DNA from: a virus
Strand: one strand, 5' to 3'
Virus record (IMG/VR): IMGVR_UViG_3300024581_003864
Coordinates: 1-38,995 of that record
DNA length: 38,995 bases
This document shows, piece after piece, positions 14,864 to 24,434 of the stretch; the first letter of the stretch is position 1; each line of letters starts with the position of its first letter. The notes under the pieces are model-generated. The model saw nothing but the letters and a program-made list of their open reading frames with translations. It was not told the DNA's origin and made no database searches. A program made the position numbers and the translations under genes.

Positions 14864-14865
14864 AA

Positions 14866-15225
14866 CTAGAATGGGACTTCTTCTTTCTCATTATTTTCTT
14901 CATTGGAATCAGGTTTTTTCTCTGAAGGAGCAAAGGTTATGTAGAATGGGTTCACCTTAATATCAGCTTTTGGCTCTCCAGATTTTGACAAATATGCACT
15001 CAAAACAAATTCACCCATCACAATTATACTGCTTCCCTTTTTCAAGTAATTCAAGATGGGGAACATTGTCCTTTTGTCCTCCCATATGATCACCTTCACC
15101 CAAACAGGGTCTTCATCCTTCCGTATTTTTGTAGCCATCGAGAACGTGGTATATGATCTTCCGTTGTTTGTTTGCTTAATATCGGGATCTCTCCCTAAAA
15201 ATCCGATAAGTGTAGCTGTTCGCAT
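14866..15225 (-). CDS. ssb: Single-stranded DNA-binding protein
   Basis: OB-fold N-terminus MRTATLIGFLGRDPDIKQTNNGRSYTTFSMA, and an acidic tail ending EEVPF (like the canonical D-D-D-I-P-F tip). Confidence 0.9.
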   Translation of the reverse strand: MRTATLIGFLGRDPDIKQTNNGRSYTTFSMATKIRKDEDPVWVKVIIWEDKRTMFPILNYLKKGSSIIVMGEFVLSAYLSKSGEPKADIKVNPFYITFAPSEKKPDSNEENNEKEEVPF

Positions 15226-15345
15226 AATCTCCCTCTATTTAATCTTAAAATCTCACTGTAATTAAATTGGGTTTTTTGATCTACATAATAAAAAGGGGGC
15301 ATATACAATACGCCCCTAACATGATCATATTAATCAATAAAATGT

Positions 15346-16245
15346 TTATATTACTTTTGGAGATTTAAATTTCCATACAATACTTTTTTCCTTTCTGTAC
15401 TGATCCAAATCTATTGCAGAGAGCTCAGGGATTTTGGTATAATCAACGCTCCCCTTTCTCTCCGTCTTGCTGAACACAAAGCCATTTCTCGAGCAATTTT
15501 GCCCATCAGACAAATTGATAAGCTCCTCTCTAAGCTGTGCCTCTCTATCAGCCCATTCTTTTTTTTCTTGTGAGGCAACATCCAGAGCTTTTGCCACTGT
15601 TAACCACTCATCAGTTCCAAGGGAAAAATCATCCTCAGTAGCTTCAGGTTCAACACCCTTTTCCATACAGTCAAAGAATTTCTTTTCTTTCTTGATAAGC
15701 TCCTTGATATATTTCTCATCTCTATTAACTTTAACAAGAACGCCGTTCCCCTTATGATAAGACCAGTAGTACATGAATTCGTGCCCTGTGCATGCTAACT
15801 GGTGCTGTAGCTGGGGGTAGTAGTGTTTCGGAACCTCTCCCATTTCTGCCGTAAAGTGATCCTCAGAGCCACAACATTTTATTTCAACTGCAACCTCTCC
15901 TGATTCACTAAGACCGTCCAAAGAAGAAAGCATGAAAGGGTGTTTTGTTGAAACGATCACCGCAGGACTGCATACGATTCCTGTTCTCTCAGTAAAAGCC
16001 TCTCTTGCGACTGGCTCAGTTTCCCTTCCAAATTGCATAGCCTTGTTATCTGATTGCAACTGAATATCTTCCATCTTTTCTTTATATAAGGTTAATGGCG
16101 TTTTTCTTCCTCCACCATCATTGCGAAATTTGCAAACTCCCATGATAATAGGGGCTTCAGAGGCACAAACGTGCCCCTTTCTCAAATTAAGCCATTCCTC
16201 AGAGCCCTGTTCTAGATTTTTCTTTACGATATAGTTATTTTTCAT
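15346..16245 (-). CDS. YqaJ-type (lambda Exo-like, PD-(D/E)XK) recombination exonuclease
   Basis: LEQGSEEWLNLRKGHVCASEAPIIMG matches the YqaJ N-terminal signature, with SLDGL...EIK-like nuclease motifs. It pairs with the annealase gene upstream. Confidence 0.8.
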   Translation of the reverse strand: MKNNYIVKKNLEQGSEEWLNLRKGHVCASEAPIIMGVCKFRNDGGGRKTPLTLYKEKMEDIQLQSDNKAMQFGRETEPVAREAFTERTGIVCSPAVIVSTKHPFMLSSLDGLSESGEVAVEIKCCGSEDHFTAEMGEVPKHYYPQLQHQLACTGHEFMYYWSYHKGNGVLVKVNRDEKYIKELIKKEKKFFDCMEKGVEPEATEDDFSLGTDEWLTVAKALDVASQEKKEWADREAQLREELINLSDGQNCSRNGFVFSKTERKGSVDYTKIPELSAIDLDQYRKEKSIVWKFKSPKVI

Positions 16246-16993
16246 TCTTCACACCCTCCGCTATCTTAAGCTTGATCCACTTTATGGACGATACGACATC
16301 TTGATCGATCAGATCGTCAACAGTTTTTTTATTTCTTTCCTTTAAAATTTTAATCAGCCATTTTTTCCCTATTTCGTGACTATTGGCAAGAGCGATCAGT
16401 TGTTTTTTCATCCCATCAATTTCGCTAGATTTTGGTTGGGTTTTATTTTTTTCTTGCTCTCTAAGTGGTACAGAAGCACGGTTACCGTCATCATCCTCCT
16501 CCCCAAACCTTTTCGCATCCTCAGACCCAAACTGAAACATGCTCATCAAGTGGTACCTAATTGAATAAGTTATGCAGGTTCCGTTGCGTTGAGGGTCTTT
16601 GGGATCAATCTTTGGCATAATTCCAGTACAACTGATACTTTTTAGCGTTGGGATATGTTTTAGAGTTGTGGTTAACACCCTCTCACCATCTACAATCGAA
16701 TCACATGTGTACTTCACAAACCCATATTTTTTTAAAAATGGAGCGATATGATCGTTCAAGGATTCAAGTTTAGAATATTTACTTTTGTGGTATGGGTTAA
16801 AGGATTCCTTTTTAACCGCCATTACGTCCATTTGCAATTTTGAAAGGGCAGTAAAAAACTTTCTCTCTTTTTCATCTTCAGAAACCTTAGCTTCTAATTC
16901 TTTAATCCTGTCATGATCGTCAGGGTTTGGTTTTAGGGTGAAATTTGCATGAACATCCTCTTCAGGAATTGATTGTTCCATTGTTGCCTCCAA
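16235..16993 (-). CDS. ERF-family single-strand annealing protein
   Basis: ALSKLQMDVMAVKKESFNPYHKSKYSKLESLNDHIAPFLKKYGF fits the ERF core (K..N..f.skYa.L..v......L...G.). Confidence 0.75.
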   Translation of the reverse strand: MEATMEQSIPEEDVHANFTLKPNPDDHDRIKELEAKVSEDEKERKFFTALSKLQMDVMAVKKESFNPYHKSKYSKLESLNDHIAPFLKKYGFVKYTCDSIVDGERVLTTTLKHIPTLKSISCTGIMPKIDPKDPQRNGTCITYSIRYHLMSMFQFGSEDAKRFGEEDDDGNRASVPLREQEKNKTQPKSSEIDGMKKQLIALANSHEIGKKWLIKILKERNKKTVDDLIDQDVVSSIKWIKLKIAEGVKNEK

Positions 16994-17121
16994 GTTTAGG
17001 TTTTAAATATCACCTTTAATGATGATTTACAAATATAATAACTTTTACGGTATTAAATGTATACATAAAAACAACTAAAATAAACATTGCTATAAATTCA
17101 ACTAAAATTAAAATAAGTTTT

Positions 17122-17571
17122 ATGGGTAGCGAATTAAAGTTAGTCTTTCGGGGGAAGCCTATAAGCTGGAAAAGGCCGTGTCCAGTAAGACCAGTGAAGT
17201 TTTTCGACTCTCAAAGAAAAGAGAAGGAAACGCTTAGAGATTCGGTTAAACGCCAGTCAAAAAAGCATTTTGGCGATTGCCCTATAGAAGTTCTCCTTTT
17301 GTCATTTAAGGAAGGCCGTCCAGATCAAGAGAACCATTTTGACACGAAGATACCCGATGCGGATAATTATGTAAAATTTTATCTTGATGCTCTTTCAAAA
17401 ATTTCTTATACAGATGATAGGTTCATTGTGAAATTGACCGTAGAGAAGAAGTTGAGTGCAGACCCAAGGGTTGAGTTGTTGATTAGACCAGCCATTAGCA
17501 CTAATAAAATCCTATCAATACAAGATTTTTTAAACAAAGAATCGGTGGGAACAAAATTAGATGCAAATTAA
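17122..17571 (+). CDS. rusA: RusA-family Holliday-junction resolvase
   Basis: GKPISWKRP..., and PDADNYVKFYLDALSKISYTDDRFIVKLTVEKK matches the RusA D-x-D-N..K...D.L......DD motif. Confidence 0.75.
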   Translation: MGSELKLVFRGKPISWKRPCPVRPVKFFDSQRKEKETLRDSVKRQSKKHFGDCPIEVLLLSFKEGRPDQENHFDTKIPDADNYVKFYLDALSKISYTDDRFIVKLTVEKKLSADPRVELLIRPAISTNKILSIQDFLNKESVGTKLDAN

Positions 17572-17647
17572 CCCCTGTAAGGCAATAAATAAGGATGAGC
17601 AATAGAATCACCCTAGTATTAACAAAATCCCCTTAGAATGGATTTAA

Positions 17648-18076
17648 ATGGGCAAAAAAAAGAAATTAGAGAAAAATGAGCAATTTGACGTTATCATTGA
17701 GTCTGGACTTGTCAAAACGATTGACGCATTAGAATTTGACGTAGACTTTTTGTTCGAAGACCCTCTATACCAGATTTATAGGCCTAATATTTATGAAATT
17801 GCTCTGTATGGAGTTGTGAGATGTGATGCGGATCTTGTTTTCTGGAGGAAGGAATATGAAGCTCATCTGTGGAGCGTGTTTGGAGAGACAGTTACATTTA
17901 AAACAATTAAACTAAAGGCAGATAATTCAGTATTGGCTATACAGGAAAAGTACTGGGGGGACTCTTTAGATTTGTTAGATTTGACGGTGGGGGCATCTTT
18001 GATTGCTCTATACAGGCAACCAAGAATCAATGTATTTTCATGGTACTACGATTTTACCGATAATATCAGACGGTAA
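17648..18076 (+). CDS. Hypothetical protein (142 aa)
   Basis: ORF only. It converges on the virion operon with an 11-nt overlap. Confidence 0.5.
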   Translation: MGKKKKLEKNEQFDVIIESGLVKTIDALEFDVDFLFEDPLYQIYRPNIYEIALYGVVRCDADLVFWRKEYEAHLWSVFGETVTFKTIKLKADNSVLAIQEKYWGDSLDLLDLTVGASLIALYRQPRINVFSWYYDFTDNIRR

Positions 18077-18584
18077 TATAATTTCCCGACTGGACTACAT
18101 AGTTGTCCCCTGTCTGTCTTAGGTTTGATTTTTTGATGACGGCGTTTTCAATCCCTTGCGTGTTGATAATCCAGCTCTTGGTATGGTCTTGACTGTCCGA
18201 TTCGCCAATTTGGCAACTAATCCAAGCAAACCCACTTCCGCCCCCCCATGTATGTCCGTCGTAGACGCTGTTAATCGCACGTCTTCTGCCTGTGCCTCCC
18301 TCAAAAAGAACGGGAAGATATAGCCCGAACTCCGATGCTGAGCTAACAACGCTCGAGCTAATGTCAAATTCAACTTCCATAGCGAATACACATAGCTTTC
18401 CAATGTGCACGTAGACACCGTTCTGGATCGAGTAGCTGACATTTGGATCGATAGTCCCATTAAATGTTACTTGCGGATTGAAAGAGACTTTTTCGATTGT
18501 GTCAAGTGGATCGGAGGCATTGACAGTAATCGCCTCTGCAACAAGGTTTTCTAGTCTATTATTTGCTGAATTTTGAAACGTCAT
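18066..18584 (-). CDS. Receptor-binding-like tail protein, paralogue C
   Basis: FNPQVTFNG...YSIQNGVYVHIGKLCVFAMEVEFD...GLYLPV shares the W/FxP...Y..xGxY..hGxh...LP pattern with 18581..19072, 19082..19591 and 26590..27105. Confidence 0.55.
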   Translation of the reverse strand: MTFQNSANNRLENLVAEAITVNASDPLDTIEKVSFNPQVTFNGTIDPNVSYSIQNGVYVHIGKLCVFAMEVEFDISSSVVSSASEFGLYLPVLFEGGTGRRRAINSVYDGHTWGGGSGFAWISCQIGESDSQDHTKSWIINTQGIENAVIKKSNLRQTGDNYVVQSGNYITV

Positions 18585-19072
18585 AGGATTAAGGTACCTC
18601 CACTTTCGAAAATAGGGACAGAGAGTAAATCTTGTTTTTGAAGATTCTCAGGAGCGATTGTTTTCTGTGTCTTCTTTATCAAGCAATAATTTGAAACACC
18701 AGATTCATTGAACAAAAGAGGTTGTACGAACCCTGTCAAATCTATATTTTCAAATCCTAGAGAAAAGGCCTGCGGTACCATGGTTTCAACAGGAACAGGA
18801 AGACTGATTCTAACGCTTGCTGTTGCTGGTGCTGGGTTTGAGGAGAAGCTTTCAATCTCAATTCTAAAAGTATATTTGCATATTTTTCCTACCACACTAT
18901 ACAATCCTTCTTGAACTACATAATTAATATTTGAACTATCACCATCAAACGAAAGAATTGGTGTCCAAGAGGTTTGCGTTTGTAGGGTATCTATGTTGGA
19001 AGACCCCCCGAAAGAAAAGCTTTCTAGCGTCAAGTCAGTAAAATGATTATTTGTCTTCGTTTGTCTAACCAT
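18581..19072 (-). CDS. Receptor-binding-like tail protein, paralogue B
   Basis: MVRQT... N-terminus shared with paralogue A. SWTPILSFDG...YVVQEGLYSVVGKICKYTFRIEIE...RISLPVP. Confidence 0.55.
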   Translation of the reverse strand: MVRQTKTNNHFTDLTLESFSFGGSSNIDTLQTQTSWTPILSFDGDSSNINYVVQEGLYSVVGKICKYTFRIEIESFSSNPAPATASVRISLPVPVETMVPQAFSLGFENIDLTGFVQPLLFNESGVSNYCLIKKTQKTIAPENLQKQDLLSVPIFESGGTLIL

Positions 19073-19081
19073 AAACCCCCT

Positions 19082-19591
19082 TTAAATAGGATCTTTAAAA
19101 TAATCTGTTGAACTGTCGAATTTCACGGCTGAGACTCCGTCAGTGAGCAAATTAGCTTTGTCGATAATTTTTGGAGGAGCTCCACTTTTATACACCTTCA
19201 AACGCCCCGAAGTTAATAGAGTAAATTCAGTTGCAACAGTGTGTACATCCGTTTCGTGTAAAAACCCTCTTTGCGTGGTGCTTCCTAAACACCCATAATC
19301 AGAGCCAGCTTTTACGGCTGTTGGAAGAGTAAAAGTAAGTTCTCCAGCCATACTTGCATTGCTAACATGCATACGTACATTGACAGAGTTTATCACGATG
19401 TTTTGTAATATCAAATACCTGCTTAATTCTGGTGAAGTGTGCACAATTCCAGTAGTACTACCGCCCAATTCGATTACAGGAGTATGGCTTTGGGGAGCCT
19501 TATACTCATTGAAAACACTTGTCCCAATTGTAATCTGATTATCTACAACCACATTTCCGCCCTTTCCAGAGCAACAATCTTGCCTAACCAC
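19082..19591 (-). CDS. Receptor-binding-like tail protein, paralogue A
   Basis: MVRQD... N-terminus. HTPVIELGG...SRYLILQNIVINSVNVRMHV...LTFTLPTA. Confidence 0.5.
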   Translation of the reverse strand: MVRQDCCSGKGGNVVVDNQITIGTSVFNEYKAPQSHTPVIELGGSTTGIVHTSPELSRYLILQNIVINSVNVRMHVSNASMAGELTFTLPTAVKAGSDYGCLGSTTQRGFLHETDVHTVATEFTLLTSGRLKVYKSGAPPKIIDKANLLTDGVSAVKFDSSTDYFKDPI

Positions 19592-19599
19592 AATTCCCC

Positions 19600-22404
19600 C
19601 TATACGACGTCAAATGAACCCTGCTCAATACAGGCATAATAAACATTATTTCCAGAGTAGATTATTTCGAGCCCGTCTCCTGCCTCAAAATTCTGTACAT
19701 AACCAGAAATAGCTGTACTCAAAAGATTGCCTACTCGTATTTGCTGTGAAAAAGCAGATACCCTGAACAGACCTGTATTCATTGAAACCACCCTTAGCCT
19801 GTCCCCTATATTTGGCGTGGGAGGAAGAGTCAAGGTTATTTCAGAACCGCCTGTATGGTTAACAAAGTAGCCAGTTCCGAAGGAGAGAGCTCCTGAAGTG
19901 GTTTGTTCTTGCCAAGTCAACCCTGCGGTATTTGTAGAAGAAATGACGATGCCTCGATCACCGAATGCGTTGACAACACTAATACCATCTCCGCCCTTTA
20001 TTGTAAGTTTATTCGCAAATGGTGTTGCTGTTGGTGTCACCGTATCGCTTTCTATTTCTTCAATTGCCGACGAAGCCAGACTTGAGCTGATTAAAACAGA
20101 ATTTCCCGATCCATTAACAGTTATCCCACTTCCTGCGGATATGTTAATATTTCCAGAAACTGGCGTAACTGGCGAACCAGTAGAAGGGGTAACTTGAAGA
20201 ATGGCTGTAGAATCAATTAGCAACTCATTTCCTGCTGCGTTCCCTTCTACAGATATTCCTGAGCCTACTTTACCGATAAGGTGTAGCAGTCCGTTCCCAT
20301 CTGGGCTCACGTCTCCGCCTGAATCGCCTTGTATTTGAAGAACAGAATTTGGGTGAGTTACGGAGAAATCTATCGTAGAATTATTAGGGTCTCCTGTGAT
20401 TACAACTCCATTAGAGCTGGTAAAGGAGATGTTGTTCGCTGTTGAAAAAACAGCCCCTCCTGTAGGAGCTGTAATACTATTCAATAAAGTATTTGAAAGT
20501 GTGCCTGTATTCGTTGCAGGATTGCCAACCAGACTGAGCCCATTTCCAGATGTGACAATGTTTAAATTTCCATTATTTGGACTAATTTCTCCCCCACTGT
20601 CAAATGTGACGGTCTCAATTGCTGTCTGAGGAGTTGCCGTAGAGCTTATTGTTAATTTATTATTGGTTGGGTCTGAAACTACAGATATATCGCTTCCTCC
20701 CTCAATCGTGAATTCTCCTGAGGCGTTAGGATTTGCGGAACCTCCGCTATCACCGTTCATTGAGAGTATAGCCGCCGTCGAAATGGTAGCCAAATTAGAT
20801 CCTACATTTGGTGTGATCGTGATTCCCTGACCGTTGTTCAGCGATATCGTACCACCACTCGCAGGAAGAACTTGCACTCCATTAAACGTCAAACTTAGCA
20901 CTCCAACATCAACATTGCTATCTATAGTCAAGGTGCTGTTAGCAGGGTTGCCAAGCACATTGATTCCATTTCCACCTATTATAGCAATCTCATCAACCCC
21001 ATTCGCAGGAACTTGGATAGAATTGTTTCCTGAGAGAAATTTTACAGAGCCAGCGGCTAAATTATCAACGTTTATAGTAACGGCATCACCGCTTGCGGAA
21101 GTACTACAATTCTGCCCTCCCAATACCCTAACAGCTTGATTTAACGCCACTGCGGTGCCACTGTCAGAGGCAACACTTCTAGCAGCATCTGAGGAAATTC
21201 TAAGAGTGCTGTCTATTTGAGTGCCGACCACGGTCACACCGTTTTCGCCAATTATGCTTAATGAGTTTCCAGCAGCCTCAACCGCTGAACCACTGTTTCC
21301 TTGCATAGAAAGTACAAAATTTCCAGTAAGATTTATGGTATTTGACCCTACATCCCCTGAAAAGGAAAGTCCCACACCACCATTAAAATTAATGTTATTA
21401 CTCCCATCTGGGGGAACTTGAATCGAATCATCTCCTGTAATAAAGGAGAGACCACCTCCACTACCACCGCTGCTCGAAAACGTGATTGTGTTTCCTGCGG
21501 AACTTATTTGTATCCCCGATCCTTCAGCAAAGGTAACTGTATTATTTAAATCGCTACCAACGGTGCCGCTAGGAGTAATAATTTCTTTAACAACATCTGC
21601 AGATATAAATAATGTACTCGTCGCAGGGTTTACCTGAGTGCTTATGCCTGAATTTGGCTGTCCTAGTATATAAACGGAATCAAGGCCATTTTTTTCTATA
21701 TATGCGTTATCGTCACCATAAGCACGAACTATCCCCCCTTGGTCGTCTATCTCAATAACAATTTGATTAAAATTGTTTGAAATGACATTTCCTCGTGTAG
21801 CGAAGACCTCTACGTTTCCAACCAAAGGGTTTCCTCCATTCCCACCTACAATCGATTCTACTGCGGAGGTTATGGCAGAAGCTGAAATAATAACTTTGTT
21901 GCTATTAACATCGGAGGATGTACTGATGATCCCTTGACCCTCAATATTTAACACACCTTGCAAATCTGCCTTGACTGGCTGGCCTGCATCTGTATGGATT
22001 TCACGGATAGCGTCAGAACTTATAAAAATCTCATTTGTATTAATAGAGCCATTTGTTGAGATACCCCCCAAACCACCTATTAATATATTCCCAGCCACAT
22101 TTGCTGGTACTTGATTCCCATCTTCCGCCTCTATGGTTAAAATTGGCTCTAAGGCAGCTACCTGCCCCACTAACTTCAACCAAATAGCATTTCCATTTGT
22201 TTGATCAAATCTCGCTAAATAGTACAGATCTCCTTGAATCCCATTTTGGGGGTTCTTGTCGATGATAACAACTTGTCCTACATTGAAATTTTTATCTGAT
22301 GTTAAAGGAATTCTTTTAAACGCCTGTATCGGTATATGATTATTCCTTTGCCCTGTATACGCTGGTTTTTCAAATCTAGATTCGCCTAAATCCCCCGACC
22401 CCAT
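19600..22404 (-). CDS. Tail fibre / spike protein with at least 14 degenerate repeats of about 45-50 aa
   Basis: Recurrent units include LSIIGENGVTVVGTQIDSTLRISSDA, IAIIGGNGINVLGNPANSTLTIDSN, FTIEGGSDISVVSDPTNNKLTISST and LTIKGGDGISVVNAFGDRGIVISST. It is G/S/N/T-rich and 934 aa long. Confidence 0.8.
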   Translation of the reverse strand: MGSGDLGESRFEKPAYTGQRNNHIPIQAFKRIPLTSDKNFNVGQVVIIDKNPQNGIQGDLYYLARFDQTNGNAIWLKLVGQVAALEPILTIEAEDGNQVPANVAGNILIGGLGGISTNGSINTNEIFISSDAIREIHTDAGQPVKADLQGVLNIEGQGIISTSSDVNSNKVIISASAITSAVESIVGGNGGNPLVGNVEVFATRGNVISNNFNQIVIEIDDQGGIVRAYGDDNAYIEKNGLDSVYILGQPNSGISTQVNPATSTLFISADVVKEIITPSGTVGSDLNNTVTFAEGSGIQISSAGNTITFSSSGGSGGGLSFITGDDSIQVPPDGSNNINFNGGVGLSFSGDVGSNTINLTGNFVLSMQGNSGSAVEAAGNSLSIIGENGVTVVGTQIDSTLRISSDAARSVASDSGTAVALNQAVRVLGGQNCSTSASGDAVTINVDNLAAGSVKFLSGNNSIQVPANGVDEIAIIGGNGINVLGNPANSTLTIDSNVDVGVLSLTFNGVQVLPASGGTISLNNGQGITITPNVGSNLATISTAAILSMNGDSGGSANPNASGEFTIEGGSDISVVSDPTNNKLTISSTATPQTAIETVTFDSGGEISPNNGNLNIVTSGNGLSLVGNPATNTGTLSNTLLNSITAPTGGAVFSTANNISFTSSNGVVITGDPNNSTIDFSVTHPNSVLQIQGDSGGDVSPDGNGLLHLIGKVGSGISVEGNAAGNELLIDSTAILQVTPSTGSPVTPVSGNINISAGSGITVNGSGNSVLISSSLASSAIEEIESDTVTPTATPFANKLTIKGGDGISVVNAFGDRGIVISSTNTAGLTWQEQTTSGALSFGTGYFVNHTGGSEITLTLPPTPNIGDRLRVVSMNTGLFRVSAFSQQIRVGNLLSTAISGYVQNFEAGDGLEIIYSGNNVYYACIEQGSFDVV

Positions 22405-22415
22405 GTGCTCACCCC

Positions 22416-24434
22416 TTAATCTTTTTTCTCTTTTAATAACTTAGGAAGCCTTTTCCATTCTTCTGCCGCTTCTTCCCAATTTCTATTTTTTAAGTGTTTT
22501 AACAGTTTCCTGACGGCTAATTCTCTTTTCTGTTTGCCTAAACGCCATGATCTTAATAGCGTTATCCCCTTGCCTCCGTACAAAAATGGAACCGTCATGG
22601 GGAACTTTGTTGAAATGATTGCTTTAACTGTGCTCCCTTCGCTGCTAAATAATTTTGTTCGTTTCATATATTGGATCTGATTTTTCATTCTCCATAGATC
22701 CTCTAGGAGATTGATCATTTTTTCTCCCTCAGACTTACCAATAAGACTGTTTATTTCTTTTCGGCCGTTATAGGATAGAAGGTTTTCTAAAGCTTTGAAG
22801 TCAATCTTGTTGTCTTTATTATTTCCGTAGACCCCTTCTAATCTAGGCATGAGTGATTCATAGTTTTTCATATCGGTATAAGCTTTGTTTGCGGTGACAA
22901 ATCTTTTGCCAAAATCTGTATGTTTTGTTGCTTTTAGAATTTCTGCTTCTACCGCTCTATTAATCTGTCTTGTCGCTTTTTCTCGATACCTTTCTTGAGG
23001 AGTTTTCTCAAGATCTTTAACCTTTTCTCCTCTCTTGATCTTCATAATAGGTTTTCGCTCTTCGTTGGTGGCTCTATAAATCCTCTCTAAGTCTGACAAT
23101 GAAAATGTGTTTGGTATTTTTTCTGGTTCTTTAGGTTTTTTGGGAAAAATCTCTTTTCCTAAAAATTTTTCAAGATTTTTCTTGAACTCAGCTATTCCCT
23201 GATCAGATTTCCCTAAAGACTCTTCAGTCCAGCTAGAAGGCTCTGACGCTCTAACTTTAAGTTTTTTTCTGGGAGGTCGTTTTGGTGGCAGATAATCCTT
23301 TTCTCCAATGAATTTGTTCATCATTCTTCTATATTCTTTTTGAAGGGGGAAGTTTCCTCGTGCAAGATTTTCCTTTTTCACATCAGCCTTTAACCGATCC
23401 TTGATATTTTTCACTGGAACTTTGATATCTTTGAATTCTTCGCTAGCCGCTAGTTTTCTGATATCCTCAATTTCTTTTTTTATCCCCTCTTTAAATCTCG
23501 GGGTTTTTGCTGTTCCTTTCCCTATAGGAGTTTCAGATAACTCTTTTTTTAGTGGTTCAATAAAATCTTCTGCAACATCCGCCATGATCTTGTCATACTG
23601 ACCTTCAGAAACTTTTGTATTTCTTTTCAATTTCTCAAAATTTCTAACAGGAGCATTTGTCCCCTTTTTCACCACTTTTCTTGTCAATTGTGGTGTAGAC
23701 TCCCCAACATTTCTTGCTGCTTTCCCTGCTGCTCTAGAAACAGATCCACCAGCTAGAATTCCTGCAATATCCGAAAAAGGTTCGGGAACTCCTAATTTTT
23801 CTGAGCCTGCTTTTACAGCCGTGGCGGCGAGTACTTTTTTTGCAACTGCTTTAGCACCCTCTTTTACAGTACCAGATCCCACCTCTGTGGCGAATCTAAC
23901 TCGTTTTTGTCCCTTTGTTCTCGCTTCTAATGGGAGACCAGTAACTTTTTCTAAATTTTCAAGAATTTCAGAGGTATAGGGAATAACTCTTTTCACATTA
24001 TTAGGGTTGATCATTTCCTTAGCGAAATTGGGAACATATTTTTGGAAAAATGCGTTTAATTGTGGGTTTTGTTCGATTGCTTCATTTAACTTAGTCAGAC
24101 CCTTCTTCTTAAGTGCCACCTCTCCACTATTCAATAGAGCAGCAATGTCAAGTAGCCATGCTCGAGATGCCACATAACCAGTAGCAACAGGAACCTGAAG
24201 GGCTGTCCTAGCCCATGATTTAGCTGTTGAATCATATTCTTTTCCAACAAAATCATTAGGAAGGGGTCGAAAAGAGTTTGCAGTCTTCTCCTGATCCCGA
24301 ACATTTTGTATACTTAATTCTGGCCTAGGGACGATAGGCGGTAAAAGAGAATTGGGTTGTTGTGTTTGAGGAGACTGCCCCTGAGTGTTTTGCTGGTTAA
24401 AATAATCATCTCCAAGTGGTATAAAAGAAGTCAA
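22416..24434 (-). CDS. Large lysine-rich virion protein (candidate internal/ejection protein)
   Basis: 672 aa with a Q-rich N-terminus and a long K/E-rich region. It sits between the tail fibre and the other low-complexity proteins. I recognised no enzymatic motif. Confidence 0.4.
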   Translation of the reverse strand: MTSFIPLGDDYFNQQNTQGQSPQTQQPNSLLPPIVPRPELSIQNVRDQEKTANSFRPLPNDFVGKEYDSTAKSWARTALQVPVATGYVASRAWLLDIAALLNSGEVALKKKGLTKLNEAIEQNPQLNAFFQKYVPNFAKEMINPNNVKRVIPYTSEILENLEKVTGLPLEARTKGQKRVRFATEVGSGTVKEGAKAVAKKVLAATAVKAGSEKLGVPEPFSDIAGILAGGSVSRAAGKAARNVGESTPQLTRKVVKKGTNAPVRNFEKLKRNTKVSEGQYDKIMADVAEDFIEPLKKELSETPIGKGTAKTPRFKEGIKKEIEDIRKLAASEEFKDIKVPVKNIKDRLKADVKKENLARGNFPLQKEYRRMMNKFIGEKDYLPPKRPPRKKLKVRASEPSSWTEESLGKSDQGIAEFKKNLEKFLGKEIFPKKPKEPEKIPNTFSLSDLERIYRATNEERKPIMKIKRGEKVKDLEKTPQERYREKATRQINRAVEAEILKATKHTDFGKRFVTANKAYTDMKNYESLMPRLEGVYGNNKDNKIDFKALENLLSYNGRKEINSLIGKSEGEKMINLLEDLWRMKNQIQYMKRTKLFSSEGSTVKAIISTKFPMTVPFLYGGKGITLLRSWRLGKQKRELAVRKLLKHLKNRNWEEAAEEWKRLPKLLKEKKD

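Noticed and set aside
19898-21421. Several 60-101-aa plus-strand ORFs antisense to the tail-fibre gene (and similar antisense ORFs at 171-359, 3627-4004, 9197-9415, 15467-15757, 18119-18460, 27736-28169, 31242-31767 and 34318-35018)
   Set aside because: All are embedded antisense or out of frame within long, well-supported genes and lack SDs. Their compositions mirror the sense strand, so they are typical shadow ORFs.
19600-22404. Diversity-generating retroelement acting on the repetitive tail fibre
   Set aside because: There is no reverse-transcriptase ORF anywhere in the window. There is also no nucleotide-level template/variable repeat pair, because the fibre repeats are degenerate at the protein level only.
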